A DNA stretch of 63,873 nt, filler included, from Lama guanicoe (lineage: Eukaryota): assembly GCA_013239625.1 (NCBI GenBank). It is 79 parts of 77 records of this genome, joined end to end, with 100 filler letters (N's around TTAATTAATTAA, not from the genome) between each part and the next. Parts side by side here need not be neighbours in the genome. Positions count along the whole stretch, not along the records: positions 12,148 to 12,909 come from MU056943.1; positions 13,010 to 13,399 come from MU056944.1; positions 13,500 to 14,365 come from MU056945.1; positions 14,466 to 14,928 come from PNXV01023859.1; positions 15,029 to 15,550 come from PNXV01023870.1; positions 15,651 to 17,041 come from MU056950.1; positions 17,142 to 17,788 come from MU056951.1; positions 17,889 to 18,949 come from MU056954.1; 71 more parts are not named here. One strand, given 5' to 3'. The notes beneath the pieces were generated by a model. The model was not told the DNA's origin, ran no database searches, and was given only the letters and a program-made list of their open reading frames with translations. Position 1 is the stretch's first letter. Every line of letters starts with the position of its first letter. Shown one piece after another: positions 12,148-25,225 of this stretch. The position numbers and the translations under genes are program-made.

Positions 12148-12909
12148 AGCTCTCTTCAGTCACAGGTGTTCCCTGTTCGTGGAAGTCCGATAAATACCTT
12201 CCTTGAACTTGGGGAGGCAGCCTCTGACACTGGGATATCCTGCAAAACCCCCTAGCATTCCCTGGCAAAGAGACATTAGGAAAACCCTCAGGGGAGACGA
12301 GCTTAGGCTTTCCGTTACAACCCACGCGCTGCCGACCGTTGGTGGAACCTCCCCCGCTCAGGATTCNNNNNNNNNNNNNNNNNNNNNNNNNNNNNNNNNN
12401 NNNNNNNNNNNNNNNNNNNNNNNNNNNNNNNNNNNNNNNNNNNNNNNNNNNNNNNNNNNNNNNNNNNNNNNNNNNNNNNNNNNNNNNNNNNNNNNNNNNN
12501 NNNNNNNNNNNNNNNNNNNNNNNNNNNNNNNNNNNNNNNNNNNNNNNNNNNNNNNNNNNNNNNNNNNNNNNNNNNNNNNNNNNNNNNNNNNNNNNNNNNN
12601 NNNNNNNNNNNNNNNNNNNNNNNNNNNNNNNNNNNNNNNNNNNNNNNNNNNNNNNNNNNNNNNNNNNNNNNNNNNNNNNNNNNNNNNNNNNNNNNNNNNN
12701 NNNNNNNNNNNNNNNNNNNNNNNNNNNNNNNNNNNNNNNNNNNNNNNNNNNNNNNNNNNNNNNNNNNNNNNNNNNNNNNNNNNNNNNNNNNNNNNNNNNN
12801 NNNNNNNNNNNNNNNNNNNNNNGAAAACCCTCAGGGGAGACGAGCTTAGGCTTTCCTTTGGAACCCACGCGCTGCCGACCGTTGGTGGAACTTCCCAACT
12901 CTCAGGATT
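12148..12909 (+). repeat. Satellite B (gapped)
   Basis: Monomer motifs on both sides of the gap. Confidence 0.9.
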
Positions 12910-13184
12910 NNNNNNNNNNNNNNNNNNNNNNNNNNNNNNNNNNNNNNNNNNNNTTAATTAATTAANNNNNNNNNNNNNNNNNNNNNNNNNNNNNNNNNNN
13001 NNNNNNNNNTCTGCAAAACAGCACATTGCATGTAAGTGAGTCTGGAGCTTATTTTTTTCATTTTTTCACTTAGAAATCAGGTAATGGAACTTTTAAAAGA
13101 TCCTTGTGAAGTAATGATCTGTAATACATTCTGAAGTATTCTTTCTTAGTAAACCTGTAAGAGATGCTAAGAAATACCTCCTAC

Positions 13185-13237
13185 CTTGCCTTCCGCAACT
13201 GCCACATGGTCCTCCTTGAAACTGGTTCCAATGAGTC
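13185..13237 (-). other. Putative 53-bp internal exon
   Basis: Minus strand reads ttttcttttttaaAG|GACTC...GGCAAG|GTAGGA; GC-richer than flanks; gene not recognised. Confidence 0.4.
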
Positions 13238-13499
13238 CTTTAAAAAAGAAAATGGGCCATATTAACTTTTTAATGAGTGTCACATCATTAGGAATGCTAC
13301 CAGATATAATTAGGCCAACAAAAATATTTAAGCTTCTGTTAGTGTAGAGTGATGTTGGCAGCATACATCATTAGTTGCCATAATGAAATATCACATCACN
13401 NNNNNNNNNNNNNNNNNNNNNNNNNNNNNNNNNNNNNNNNNNNTTAATTAATTAANNNNNNNNNNNNNNNNNNNNNNNNNNNNNNNNNNNNNNNNNNNN

Positions 13500-14365
13500 A
13501 GTGACAGAGGATGCCTCCCCAAGGTCAGGGAAGTTATTTCTCGGACTTTACCCAACAGGGAACACCTGTGACTGAAGAGAGATGCGTGGAGTTGTCTCTC
13601 GACCTCCACCTCGCACTGACAATTGTTCTTGAATCCTGAGCGTGGGACGTTCCACCAACGGTCGGCAGCGCGTTGGTTCTAACGGAATGCCTAAGCTCGA
13701 CTCCCTTGGGTTTTTTCCTAATGTCTCTGTGCCAGGGAATGCTAGGGGTGATTGCTGAAAGTCCCAGTGACAGAGGATGCCTCCCCAAGGTCAGGGAAGT
13801 TATTTCTCGGACTTTACCCAACAGGGAACACCTGTGACTGAAGAGAGCTTCGTGGAGTTGTCTCTCGACCTCCACCTCGCACTGACAATTGTTCTTGAAT
13901 CCTGAGCGTGGGACGTTCCACCAACGGTCGGCAGCGCGTTGGTTCTAACGGAATGCCTAAGCTCGACTCCCTTGGGTTTTTTCCTAATGTCTCTGTGCCA
14001 GGGAATGCTNNNNNNNNNNNNNNNNNNNNNNNNNNNNNNNNNNNNNNNNNNNNNNNNNNNNNNNNNNNNNNNNNNNNNNNNNNNNNNNNNNNNNNNNNNN
14101 NNNNNNNNNNNNNNNNNNNNNNNNNNNNNNNNNNNNNNNNNNNNNNNNNNNNNNNNNNNNNNNNNNNNNNNNNNNNNNNNNNNNNNNNNNNNNNNNNNNN
14201 NNNNNNNNNNNNNNNNNNNNNNNNNNNNNNNNNNNNNNNNNNNNNNNNNNNNNNNNNNNNNNNNNNNNNNNNNNNNNNNNNNNNNNNNNNNNNNGTCAGA
14301 GCCTGCCTCCCCAAGTTCAGTGAAGTTATTTCTCGGACTTCCCCATTCAGGGAACACCTGTGACT
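13500..14365 (-). repeat. Satellite B (266-bp near-identical variant monomers)
   Basis: 13501 repeats at 13767. Confidence 0.95.
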
Positions 14366-15650
14366 NNNNNNNNNNNNNNNNNNNNNNNNNNNNNNNNNNN
14401 NNNNNNNNNTTAATTAATTAANNNNNNNNNNNNNNNNNNNNNNNNNNNNNNNNNNNNNNNNNNNNATAGGCAGGATTGAAATTTCTTATTGTCCAAAGCA
14501 GAGGTTTTTGAAATTCTCCATGCTTGCTTTTGAGTTCCCATGCCTTATTGACAAGAGTTCTTGGAACAGAGATCTGCTGAAAAATAGGAGAATTTGAAGC
14601 CTTTCCATCAACCTTGCCTACCACATGATAATGCAACTATAGTTGTGGTGCTGACCCAGTACTACACTAAGGACCCAATTGTGGCACTGCAGGACTGTTT
14701 CAGCAGGTTCTAATGCGTGACATCATTAGATTTGTTTCCACTTTTGTTTTTGCTTGCAGAGAACCTGAGGGAACCCATTATAAAATTTTGACTTTTCCGT
14801 GGCAAGTGTAAGGATGAATGCACTTTCATGAGAGTGTATTGGAACCATTCCCCCTCCACATATCCAGCCTGCAGCCCAAAAACCATTTGGAAACCTCTAT
14901 TCCAGCAAAAATTAGTAGTCCCAGCACTNNNNNNNNNNNNNNNNNNNNNNNNNNNNNNNNNNNNNNNNNNNNTTAATTAATTAANNNNNNNNNNNNNNNN
15001 NNNNNNNNNNNNNNNNNNNNNNNNNNNNAGAAATTTACATTGTAGCTTGAGTGTACATATATTTATTAAAAATTTTTCACTCAATTTGAATTTGACTTAT
15101 GTTTAATGAAATTTATTTCTAAATAATGAATATAAATTTTGGTAGAACTGGATTTACTACAGTTTACTGATACAGAACATAGCTATTATTTACAATTAGT
15201 GCACAAAGCAGTTCCCTTAAAACACCGTATTATAATAACAATGCCAACTGTTTCAGGACTTGGGAACACATTGCTTCCTAAAATGCATTACCTGGTCTTA
15301 TCCATCCCAACCCACATATAATGTTATTTCTTTGTTTTTTGATTGCCACTTAATGACACTTAATGAAGTTACTGCTTATAGAACCCAGGATATTTTGCAT
15401 AACTCTATTTATTAACATCATTTTGGAACACTTAACAGAAGCCACAACGGTATGGATTATAAAGATGACAAGAAAATTTATTCCTTCTAGGGACTTAAAA
15501 CCCTCTGAGTGAAAGAATGGCTAAAATAAACTTATGTAAGTATGCTATAANNNNNNNNNNNNNNNNNNNNNNNNNNNNNNNNNNNNNNNNNNNNTTAATT
15601 AATTAANNNNNNNNNNNNNNNNNNNNNNNNNNNNNNNNNNNNNNNNNNNN

Positions 15651-17041
15651 AGGCACTCGCTATTACTTGGCTTTAGAGCCCAACCCCCACCTTCGGTCCC
15701 ATCCCGTCTTTGGAAAACACTCAGGGAAGATAACCTAAGGGATCCTATTAGATCCCAGATGCTGCTGTCAGTGGGAGGTGCCTCCCCACACTCAGGATAC
15801 CAGAACAATTCTTCATGTGTGTGCTGGAGGTGGGGAAACAGAGCCCACGCATTTTTCAAGGAGCACNNNNNNNNNNNNNNNNNNNNNNNNNNNNNNNNNN
15901 NNNNNNNNNNNNNNNNNNNNNNNNNNNNNNNNNNNNNNNNNNNNNNNNNNNNNNNNNNNNNNNNNNNNNNNNNNNNNNNNNNNNNNNNNNNNNNNNNNNN
16001 NNNNNNNNNNNNNNNNNNNNNNNNNNNNNNNNNNNNNNNNNNNNNNNNNNNNNNNNNNNNNNNNNNNNNNNNNNNNNNNNNNNNNNNNNNNNNNNNNNNN
16101 NNNNNNNNNNNNNNNNNNNNNNNNNNNNNNNNNNNNNNNNNNNNNNNNNNNNNNNNNNNNNNNNNNNNNNNNNNNNNNNNNNNNNNNNNNNNNNNNNNNN
16201 NNNNNNNNNNNNNNNNNNNNNNNNNNNNNNNNNNNNNNNNNNNNNNNNNNNNNNNNNNNNNNNNNNNNNNNNNNNNNNNNNNNNNNNNNNNNNNNNNNNN
16301 NNNNNNNNNNNNNNNNNNNNNNNNNNNNNNNNNNNNNNNNNNNNNNNNNNNNAAACAATGTCCTTGCAACTTTCAGAGGGCACAGGTATTCCCAAATATT
16401 TGGTTGTAGGTTAAACCACTTGAAATCCCGTGGAGAGGCACTCAATAATACTTGGTTTTAGAGCCCAACCCTCACATTCCCCCGCACTCCCGCCTAGGCT
16501 AGCCATCAATGAAGACAAGCTCATGGATTGTATTAGAACCCAGGCCCTGCTGTCAGTTGTAGGTGCCTCCCAACAGTCAGGAAATCTCAACCCGTCTTCG
16601 TGTGTGTGCTGGAGTTGGGGAAACAGAGTCAACGCATTTTTTGGGGGGCACAGTTGTTCCAAGTTTGGGGATGTATTTTAAACAACTCCACTGCCCTTAC
16701 AGAGTCACTCGCTATTACTAGTCTTTAGTGCCCAACACCCAACTTCGCTCACAGCCGGCCTATGGAACACTCAGAAAAGTCAAGCCAAGTGATTCTATTA
16801 GATCCCAGGTGCTGCTGTCAGTTGGAGGAGCCTCCCCACACTCAGGATACCAGAAAAGTTCTTCATGTGTGTCCTGGAAGTAGGGAAATAAAGTCCACGT
16901 TTATTTATTGGATCACAGGTGTTCCCAGGTTGGGATTGTAGGTAAGCACTTTCACTGCTCATAGAGAGGCACTCGCTATTACTTTGGTTTATTGCCCAAA
17001 CCCACCTTAACTCACATCGCGGCCAAAGGAAACAATCAGGG
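15651..17041 (+). repeat. Satellite B2, diverged CpG-depleted relative of B
   Basis: CACTC anchor at 16439, 16706 and 16970; aligns by eye to B (CCTCCCCACACTCAGGATACCAGAA vs CCTCCCCACGCTCAGGATTCCGGAA). Confidence 0.85.
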
Positions 17042-17141
17042 NNNNNNNNNNNNNNNNNNNNNNNNNNNNNNNNNNNNNNNNNNNNTTAATTAATTAANNN
17101 NNNNNNNNNNNNNNNNNNNNNNNNNNNNNNNNNNNNNNNNN

Positions 17142-17788
17142 GATAGTGCTTCCAATCCTCTATGATTTCCTGCTTCCCTCTCCCATCTTTCAAGTTTTGA
17201 TGTCCTCCTTTCCTTCTTCTTGTTTCTTCTTTTCCACTCATGCTCTTCTTGCATTTCCAATAAGGGTTTTCTTCTTTCCATTTCATCTTGCAGCTTATCC
17301 CTTCAGGGGAATTTTCTCAAAATTTCTTTTAGGATAAATTTCGAACTGCTGAATTATTTTAAGATTTGCAGGTCTGTGGCATTCTCTAGCTCTGCTGTTA
17401 TTAGAAATGGTGGTCATGTGGCATAGGCTACCCTAGATGGCAGCATTTTGCNNNNNNNNNNNNNNNNNNNNNNNNNNNNNNNNNNNNNNNNNNNNNNNNN
17501 NNNNNNNNNNNNNNNNNNNNNNNNNNNNNNCTCTTGTGACTATGTTGCTTTCCTCCAGGCGCATTTTAAATCACTGGGATGCTCATGAACTTTGTTGATT
17601 TGGATCATACAGCTGCTGCTAAGTCTATTGGGATTCCACCTATTTTGGACGCCTTGTACTTCCTGAATTCGCCTAGATGATTCTATCTTCGCTTTCAGCA
17701 AGTTTCAGTCTGATTTTTCTACAGTTAAATTTTCAGACTTTTTTTGTTCCTTTATCTCTTGCTTTTCCATCTGGGACTCTTATGAATT
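17142..17788 (-). mobile_element. Ancient LINE-1 ORF1-derived sequence, paralogous to 43579-43878
   Basis: Direct similarity to 43579-43878; resemblance to antisense L1 ORF1. Confidence 0.55.
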
Positions 17789-19049
17789 NNNNNNNNNNNN
17801 NNNNNNNNNNNNNNNNNNNNNNNNNNNNNNNNTTAATTAATTAANNNNNNNNNNNNNNNNNNNNNNNNNNNNNNNNNNNNNNNNNNNNCCAACTTCAGAG
17901 CATGAGGATGTGTCCTCGTGGCCAGAGGCCACTGCACATGTAGCTAACAAAGCTAATGGTCCCCACTTTCAAAAGCCCCTGCCACCAACCTAGGTCTAAT
18001 TTTGTATTTGTAATTTTTTTTACTTTTTATTAAATAGAAATCCCCAATTGCATAGCCTTCAGGTCACCAAAACCTGACCACAGAGATCATGATGGCAACC
18101 CTCCTTGGTGAAACAATAAAATGAAGAGCCATTTCCACAAGACCTCTGTGTAAATCTACTAGGGAACTTCATCCTGGACTGAGAGGAAGAGGAGGAGGCA
18201 GGGGCAATCTGAGGCACACAGACCCATGGGCCACCTGTCCCACGATGGACATTACACTCAACCCTCACCCTCCAGGAACTTCAAAATACACACAGACAGA
18301 GTGATGTGGACAATATATATGTATTTTTAAAGAAATTCCGACTCTCTAGCAGNNNNNNNNNNNNNNNNNNNNNNNNNNNNNNNNNNNNNNNNNNNNNNNN
18401 NNNNNNNNNNNNNNNNNNNNNNNNNNNNNNNNNNNNNNNNNNNNNNNNNNNNNNNNNNNNNNNNNNNNNNNNNNNNNNNNNNNNNNNNNNNNNNNNNNNN
18501 NNNNNNNNNNNNNNNNNNNNAGCCTTTGCTCCAGTGCTCACACAAGAAAGTGTGACATACTGCCCCTTTCCTGCCCTCTCCCTGCAATCAATCTCTGAAG
18601 AGTCTTTTCTGTGCCACGTGGAATCACAATCACATCAATTTACCACAAAGAGCTATGTGACTCCTTGGAGGACGTGTCAAAATCTAAAGGGTTGGGATGG
18701 GAGGAGAGATTTGCATTTTCTGTTTCTCAAAGGAAACATGGCTTTAAAAGAAACTGAAAAGCACTTATCTAGTCTAAGCCCTCATTGTGCAGAGAAGGAA
18801 ATGGAGGCTCAGAAGAGATGAGGAAAGGGACTTATTAACAAATATTGCCTAAGTGCAGCACCAAGCCAGCCCTGGGCCCTTCTAGGGGAGTACCTGGAAA
18901 GCCCAGGAGAATGACTGTTAGAAAAAGGAAAGAGAAGAAGCATACAAGGNNNNNNNNNNNNNNNNNNNNNNNNNNNNNNNNNNNNNNNNNNNNTTAATTA
19001 ATTAANNNNNNNNNNNNNNNNNNNNNNNNNNNNNNNNNNNNNNNNNNNN

Positions 19050-19908
19050 TATGCCGAACACAGAATTCAGAGTATGTAATACAGAATAGTGAATATAATT
19101 TTAGATTATCGAATCTAGAACACAGAATATGGAATGTAGAATACCGAATGCAGAATATTGAGTACAGAATATAGAATATAGAACCCAGAATTTTGAATAT
19201 GGAAAACAGAATATAGAACCCAGGATTTAGAACATGGAAAGAAGGACACAGAATTTAGAATATAGAATACAGACTACTGAATATAGAATTTAGAATTTAG
19301 AATGTAGAACAATGAATTTAGAATATAGAATACCGAATACTGAATATAGAATATGAATATNNNNNNNNNNNNNNNNNNNNNNNNNNNNNNNNNNNNNNNN
19401 NNNNNNNNNNNNNNNNNNNNNNNNNNNNNNNNNNNNNNNNNNNNNNNNNNNNNNNNNNNNNNNNNNNNNNNNNNNNNNNNNNNNNNNNNNNNNNNNNNNN
19501 NNNNNNNNNNNNNNNNNNNNNNNNNNNNNNNNNNNNNNNNNNNNNNNNNNNNNNNNNNNNNNNNNNNNNNNNNNNNNNNNNNNNNNNNNNNNNNNNNNNN
19601 NNNNNNNNNNNNNNNNNNNNNNNNNNNNNCATGGAATGTAGAACACAGAATTTAGATTATAGAATACAGAATACTGAATATCGAATTTAGAATATAGAAT
19701 GTAGAACACAGAATATGGAATGTTAGATACGGAATGCAGACTATTAAATACAGAATACAGAATGTAGAACACAGAATATAGAATATAGATTACGGAATGC
19801 AGAATATAGAATATAGTATGTAGAAAGATGAACATAATATATAGAATATAGAATAGAATATATACAACACAGAATTTAGAACATGGAAAGCAGAATACAG
19901 TATTTAGT
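19050..19908 (+). repeat. Satellite C
   Basis: AATATAG/AACACAG/AATTTAG heptamers. Confidence 0.95.
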
Positions 19909-21049
19909 NNNNNNNNNNNNNNNNNNNNNNNNNNNNNNNNNNNNNNNNNNNNTTAATTAATTAANNNNNNNNNNNNNNNNNNNNNNNNNNNNNNNNNNNN
20001 NNNNNNNNGTGGACCCAGAATAGTAAGAAATGTACTTGCTTCTTGAGAGCTTAGTAGTGTCGGAAGTTGACTTAGTGTAGATTGTTCTAGGAACACAGCA
20101 GGGCACCTAACCCAAAGTGCGGAGGTTGGAGGGAAGGAAGGCTTCCTTGACAAACAGTCAAAATGAGCCTGGAGGCAAGTGGGAAGTAGCAGCAGGTCAC
20201 GGGGCCCCTGAGGTCACTGGGGACCTGGGTACTGAGGTGAGGCTGGGCAAGCAGGGTCGGGGATCGGGCTATAACTCTACCCGGAAGCCTTTGAAGGGTT
20301 TGAAGTGGGGGTGATGTAATCAAATTTGTGCTTTGGGAAGGCTGCCTTGGCTGTGAGTGTGTGTGTAGCAGGGAAGAGGGGTATGGTGCCACCAACTGGG
20401 AGGGTCATTAGAAAACCATTCACAGGCTGGGAGGTGACCAGTGGGAAAGGGGCATCGGGGCTGCTTGGGGACTTCAGGGGCAGTGTGGATGCCGGATTTC
20501 CTTATGGGGAGGGCTTGTTAACGGGGTCTCTCTAGCGGCACCTTGTGGCTGGAAGAAAACAGATGGAGGCCGCCAGCTGGACTTTCCTCTTCTCTCCTTC
20601 CCTGCCTTGTGTGATGATCCTAGCTCAGCCAACATAAGGAACAGAAACAGAAGAGCTAGTTCCAGGGTAGCCCAGAACTTTGTTGAGCTCGTTCGACTGA
20701 GATCTGATAGGATATAGGCTTTTGTTGAGATTTGCATGTTCACTTAGCTAGAAACGTCCCGTCATTTTGATTTCCACAGGGGTATTAATTCTTGATAAAT
20801 ATTGCTTTCTTGATGAGAAGAAATATAATACAACTGCTTTCTCAAAAAAAATCTTATCTTTTTAGAAATTTAATATTCAAAAGAATTGAAATATTTAAAA
20901 ATAATAAATAAAGGCTTTGGTGTAGTTCTTTGGTTTTTTTGAGTTAAGGNNNNNNNNNNNNNNNNNNNNNNNNNNNNNNNNNNNNNNNNNNNNTTAATTA
21001 ATTAANNNNNNNNNNNNNNNNNNNNNNNNNNNNNNNNNNNNNNNNNNNN

Positions 21050-21471
21050 TTCTATATTCTGCATTCCGTATTCTACATTATATATTCTGTGTTCTAACTT
21101 CTTTTTTCTAAATTCTATATTCAGTATTCTGTATTGTATATTCTAAATTCTGTGTTCTGCATTCCATGTTCTAAATTCTCTTTTCTATATTCTAAATTCT
21201 GTGTTCTACTTTCTATATTCTAAATCCTATTTTCAGTATTCTGTATTTAATATTATATATTCTGTTTTCTGCATTCCATATCTAAATTCTGGGTTCTATA
21301 TTCTTTTTTATCTATTTTATATTCTGTATTCTTCGTTCTGGATTCTACATTCTAAATTCTGCATTCCGCAGACAGTCTATATTCTATATTCTGTGTTCTA
21401 AATTCTATATTCTGTATACTCCATCCTGCATTCTGTATTCTATATTCTATATTCTGTGTTCTACATTCTTT
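21050..21471 (-). repeat. Satellite C
   Basis: Heptamer array. Confidence 0.95.
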
Positions 21472-21571
21472 NNNNNNNNNNNNNNNNNNNNNNNNNNNNN
21501 NNNNNNNNNNNNNNNTTAATTAATTAANNNNNNNNNNNNNNNNNNNNNNNNNNNNNNNNNNNNNNNNNNNN

Positions 21572-22490
21572 AATTGTCAGTGCGTGGCAGAGCACGACAG
21601 ACAACTCCACGCAACTGTCTTCACTCACAGGTGTTCCCTGTTCGGGGAAGTCCAAGAAATAAATTCCCTGACCTTGGGGAGGCAGCCTCTTTCACTGGGA
21701 TTTCCTGCAAACCCCCCTAGCATTCCCTGGCACAGAGACATTAGGAAAACCCTCAGGGNNNNNNNNNNNNNNNNNNNNNNNNNNNNNNNNNNNNNNNNNN
21801 NNNNNNNNNNNNNNNNNNNNNNNNNNNNNNNNNNNNNNNNNNNNNNNNNNNNNNNNNNNNNNNNNNCAGTCACAGGTGTTCCCTGCTCGGGGAAGTCCGA
21901 GAAATACCTTCCCTGAACTTGGGGAGGCAGCCTCTGTCACTGGGACTTCCTGCAAATCCCCCTAGCATTCCCTGGCACAGAGACACTCGGAGAACCCTTA
22001 GGGGAGACGAGCTTATGCATTCCGTTAGAACCCATGCGCTGCCGACCGTTGGTGGATCCTCCCCACGCTCAGGATTCCGGAAACATTGTCAGTGCGTGGG
22101 GGAGTTCGAGAGACAACTCCACGCAGCTCTCTTCAGTCACAGGTGTTCCCTGCTCGGGGAAGTCCGAGAAATACCTTCCCTGAACTTGGGGAGGCAGCCT
22201 CTGTCACTGGGACTTCCTGCAAACCCCCCTAGCATTCCCTGGCAGAGAGACATTAGGAAAAACCTCAGGGGATACGAGCTTAGGCATTCCGTTTGAACCC
22301 ACGCGCCCCCGACCGTTGGTGGAACCTCCCCGTGCTCAGTATTCCGGAACCATTCTCAGTGTGTGGGGGAGATCGAGAGACAACTCCACGCAGCTCTCTT
22401 CAGTCACAGGTGTTCCCTGTCTGGGTAAGTACGAGAAATATCTTCCCTCACCTTGGGGAGGCAGCCTCTGTCACTGGGAATTCCTGCAAA
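21572..22490 (+). repeat. Satellite B
   Basis: CAGTCACAGGTGTTCCCTG recurs every 267 bp. Confidence 0.95.
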
Positions 22491-22590
22491 NNNNNNNNNN
22501 NNNNNNNNNNNNNNNNNNNNNNNNNNNNNNNNNNTTAATTAATTAANNNNNNNNNNNNNNNNNNNNNNNNNNNNNNNNNNNNNNNNNNNN

Positions 22591-23388
22591 GGCACCGAGA
22601 TATTAGGAAAAAACCCAGGGGAGTCGAGCTTAGGCATTCAGTTTGAACGCACGCGCTGCCGACCTTTGGTGGAACCTCCCCACGCTCAGGATTCCGGAAC
22701 CATTGTCATTGAGTGGGGGAGCTCGAGAGACAACTCCACGCAGCTCTCTTCAGTCACAGGTGTTCCCTGCTCGGGGAAGTCCAAGAAATACCTTCTCTGA
22801 TCTGGGGGAGGCAGCCTCTGTCCCTGGGACTTCCTTCAAACACCCCTAGCATTCCCTGGCACAGAGACATTAGGACAACCCTCAGGGGAGACGAGCTTAG
22901 GCATTCCGTTNNNNNNNNNNNNNNNNNNNNNNNNNNNNNNNNNNNNNNNNNNNNNNNNNNNNNNNNNNNNNNNNNNNNNNNNNNNNNNNNNNNNNNNNNN
23001 NNNNNNNNNNNNNNNNNNNNNNNNNNNNNNNNNNNNNNNNNNNNNNNNNNNNNNNNNNNNNNNNNNNNNNNNNNNNNNNNNNNNNNNNNNNNNNNNNNNN
23101 NNNNNNNNNNNNNNNNNNNNNNNNNNNNNNNNNNNNNNNNNNNNNNNNNNNNNNNNNNNNNNNNNNNNNNNNNNNNNNNNNNNNNNNNNNNNNNNNNNNN
23201 NNNNNNNNNNNNNNNNNNNNNNNNNNNNNNNNNNNNNNNNNNNNNNNNNNNNNNNNNNNNNNNNNNNNNNNNNNNNNNNNNNNNNNNNNNNNNNNNNNNN
23301 NNNNNNNNNNNNNNNNNNNNNNNNNNNNNNNNNNNNTGTCTGAAAAGCCCCTAGCATTCCCTGGCACAGAGACATTAGGAAAAAACCC
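22591..23388 (+). repeat. Satellite B (gapped)
   Basis: Monomer motifs. Confidence 0.93.
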
Positions 23389-23488
23389 NNNNNNNNNNNN
23401 NNNNNNNNNNNNNNNNNNNNNNNNNNNNNNNNTTAATTAATTAANNNNNNNNNNNNNNNNNNNNNNNNNNNNNNNNNNNNNNNNNNNN

Positions 23489-23944
23489 GCACAGGGAAAT
23501 ATATACAAGATCTTATGGTAGCTCACAGAGAAAGAATTCTGACAATGAATATATACATGTTCGTGTATAACTGAAACATTGTGCTCTACACTGCAATTCG
23601 ACACAACATTGTAAAATGATTATAAATCAATTAAAAAATGTTTTAAAAAATGGTCAGAAGCAAATAAACTAAACTTCAATTAAAAAATAAAATAAAGTTT
23701 TAAATGACTAGACCAAACCAAGTAGACCCATTACTATATAGTAACGGGTTAACATACAAATGAAAAACAGGGTACCCACAAATCAAACATTTACAATTGA
23801 GTCACAAAAGCCAAAAAGGAGAGGGCTGAGGCATACCAAAAACAAAATCATCAAACAGTAAGAAAAAGAAATGAAGAAATTTTTAAAAATCAACTGAAAA
23901 AAAGGTTTAAAATGGCAATAAGCACGTATCTATCAATAATGACC
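23489..23944 (+). mobile_element. LINE-1 3' end with A-rich tail (to ~23650), followed by an L1 inter-ORF/ORF2-start fragment
   Basis: GCACAGGGAAATATATACAA...ACAACATTGTAAA 3' UTR; ATGGCAATAAGCACGTATCTATCAATAAT resembles the ORF2 start at 35929. Confidence 0.8.
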
Positions 23945-24044
23945 NNNNNNNNNNNNNNNNNNNNNNNNNNNNNNNNNNNNNNNNNNNNTTAATTAATTAA
24001 NNNNNNNNNNNNNNNNNNNNNNNNNNNNNNNNNNNNNNNNNNNN

Positions 24045-25125
24045 ACAAATTTTCTTTTCAGTGGCCAACTCCACTCCATACAGATATATGGGGTAGTACA
24101 AGCTGCAACGCGGTTTTACAGTGAAAACGGCAGGCACTTCAAACCGGCACTAGGAAACAGACTGAGAAACCAGAGTAAGTGTTTCTCCTGCAACCCGTTC
24201 CCTTGATGCTGGATGAACGAACGTCTCTCCACATGCTCAGTTCTGAGAGATAAGTGTGTGTCAAAGCCGTCCTTCACCTAGCTTGAAGGGAACACAAAGT
24301 TTCTTTTCAGTTGCCAACTCCACTCCATACATATATATGGGGAGGTACAAACTCCAACTCGGTTTTACAGTGAAAACGGCAGGGACTTCAAACCAGCACT
24401 AGTAAACAGACTGAGCAACCAGAGTGTTTCTGCTGCAACCCGTTCCCTTGGTGCTGGATGAACGAACGTCTCTCCACATGCTCAGTTCTGAGAGATAAGT
24501 GTGTGTCAAAGCCGTCCTTCACCTAGCTTGAAGGGAACACAAAGTTTCTTTTCAGTTGCCAACTCCACTCNNNNNNNNNNNNNNNNNNNNNNNNNNNNNN
24601 NNNNNNNNNNNNNNNNNNNNNNNNNNNNNNNNNNNNNNNNNNNNNNNNNNNNNNNNNNNNNNNNNNNNNNNNNNNNNNNNNNNNNNNNNNNNNNNNNNNN
24701 NNNNNNNNNNNNNNNNNNNNNNNNNNNNNNNNNNNNNNNNNNNNNNNNNNNNNNNNNNNNNNNNNNNNNNNNNNNNNNNNNNNNNNNNNNNNNNNNNNNN
24801 NNNNNNNNNNNNNNNNNNNNNNNNNNNNNNNNNNNNNNNNNNNNNNNNNNNNNNNNNNNNNNNNNNNNNNNNNNNNNNNNNNNNNNNNNNNNNNNNNNNN
24901 NNNNNNNNNNNNNNNNNNNNNNNNNNNNNNNNNNNNNNNNNNNNNNNNNNNNNNNNNNNNNNNNNNNNNNNNNNNNNNNNNNTTCTGAGATAAGTGTGTG
25001 TGAAAGCCGTCCTTCACCTAGCTTGAAGGGAACACAAAATTTCTTTTCAGTGGCCAACTCCAATCCATACATATATTTGGGAGATACAAGCTCCAACTCG
25101 GTTTTACAGTGAAAACGGCAGGCAC
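24045..25125 (-). repeat. Satellite A
   Basis: Reverse complement of the 1-848 monomer. Confidence 0.95.
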
Positions 25126-25225
25126 NNNNNNNNNNNNNNNNNNNNNNNNNNNNNNNNNNNNNNNNNNNNTTAATTAATTAANNNNNNNNNNNNNNNNNNN
25201 NNNNNNNNNNNNNNNNNNNNNNNNN

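Noticed and set aside
12092..12965. Long X-filled ORFs (also 15599-16461, 31503-32651, 61983-62663)
   Set aside because: Their length comes from N gaps
14466..14928. Possible pseudogene on the minus strand
   Set aside because: Short open stretches only; no family recognised
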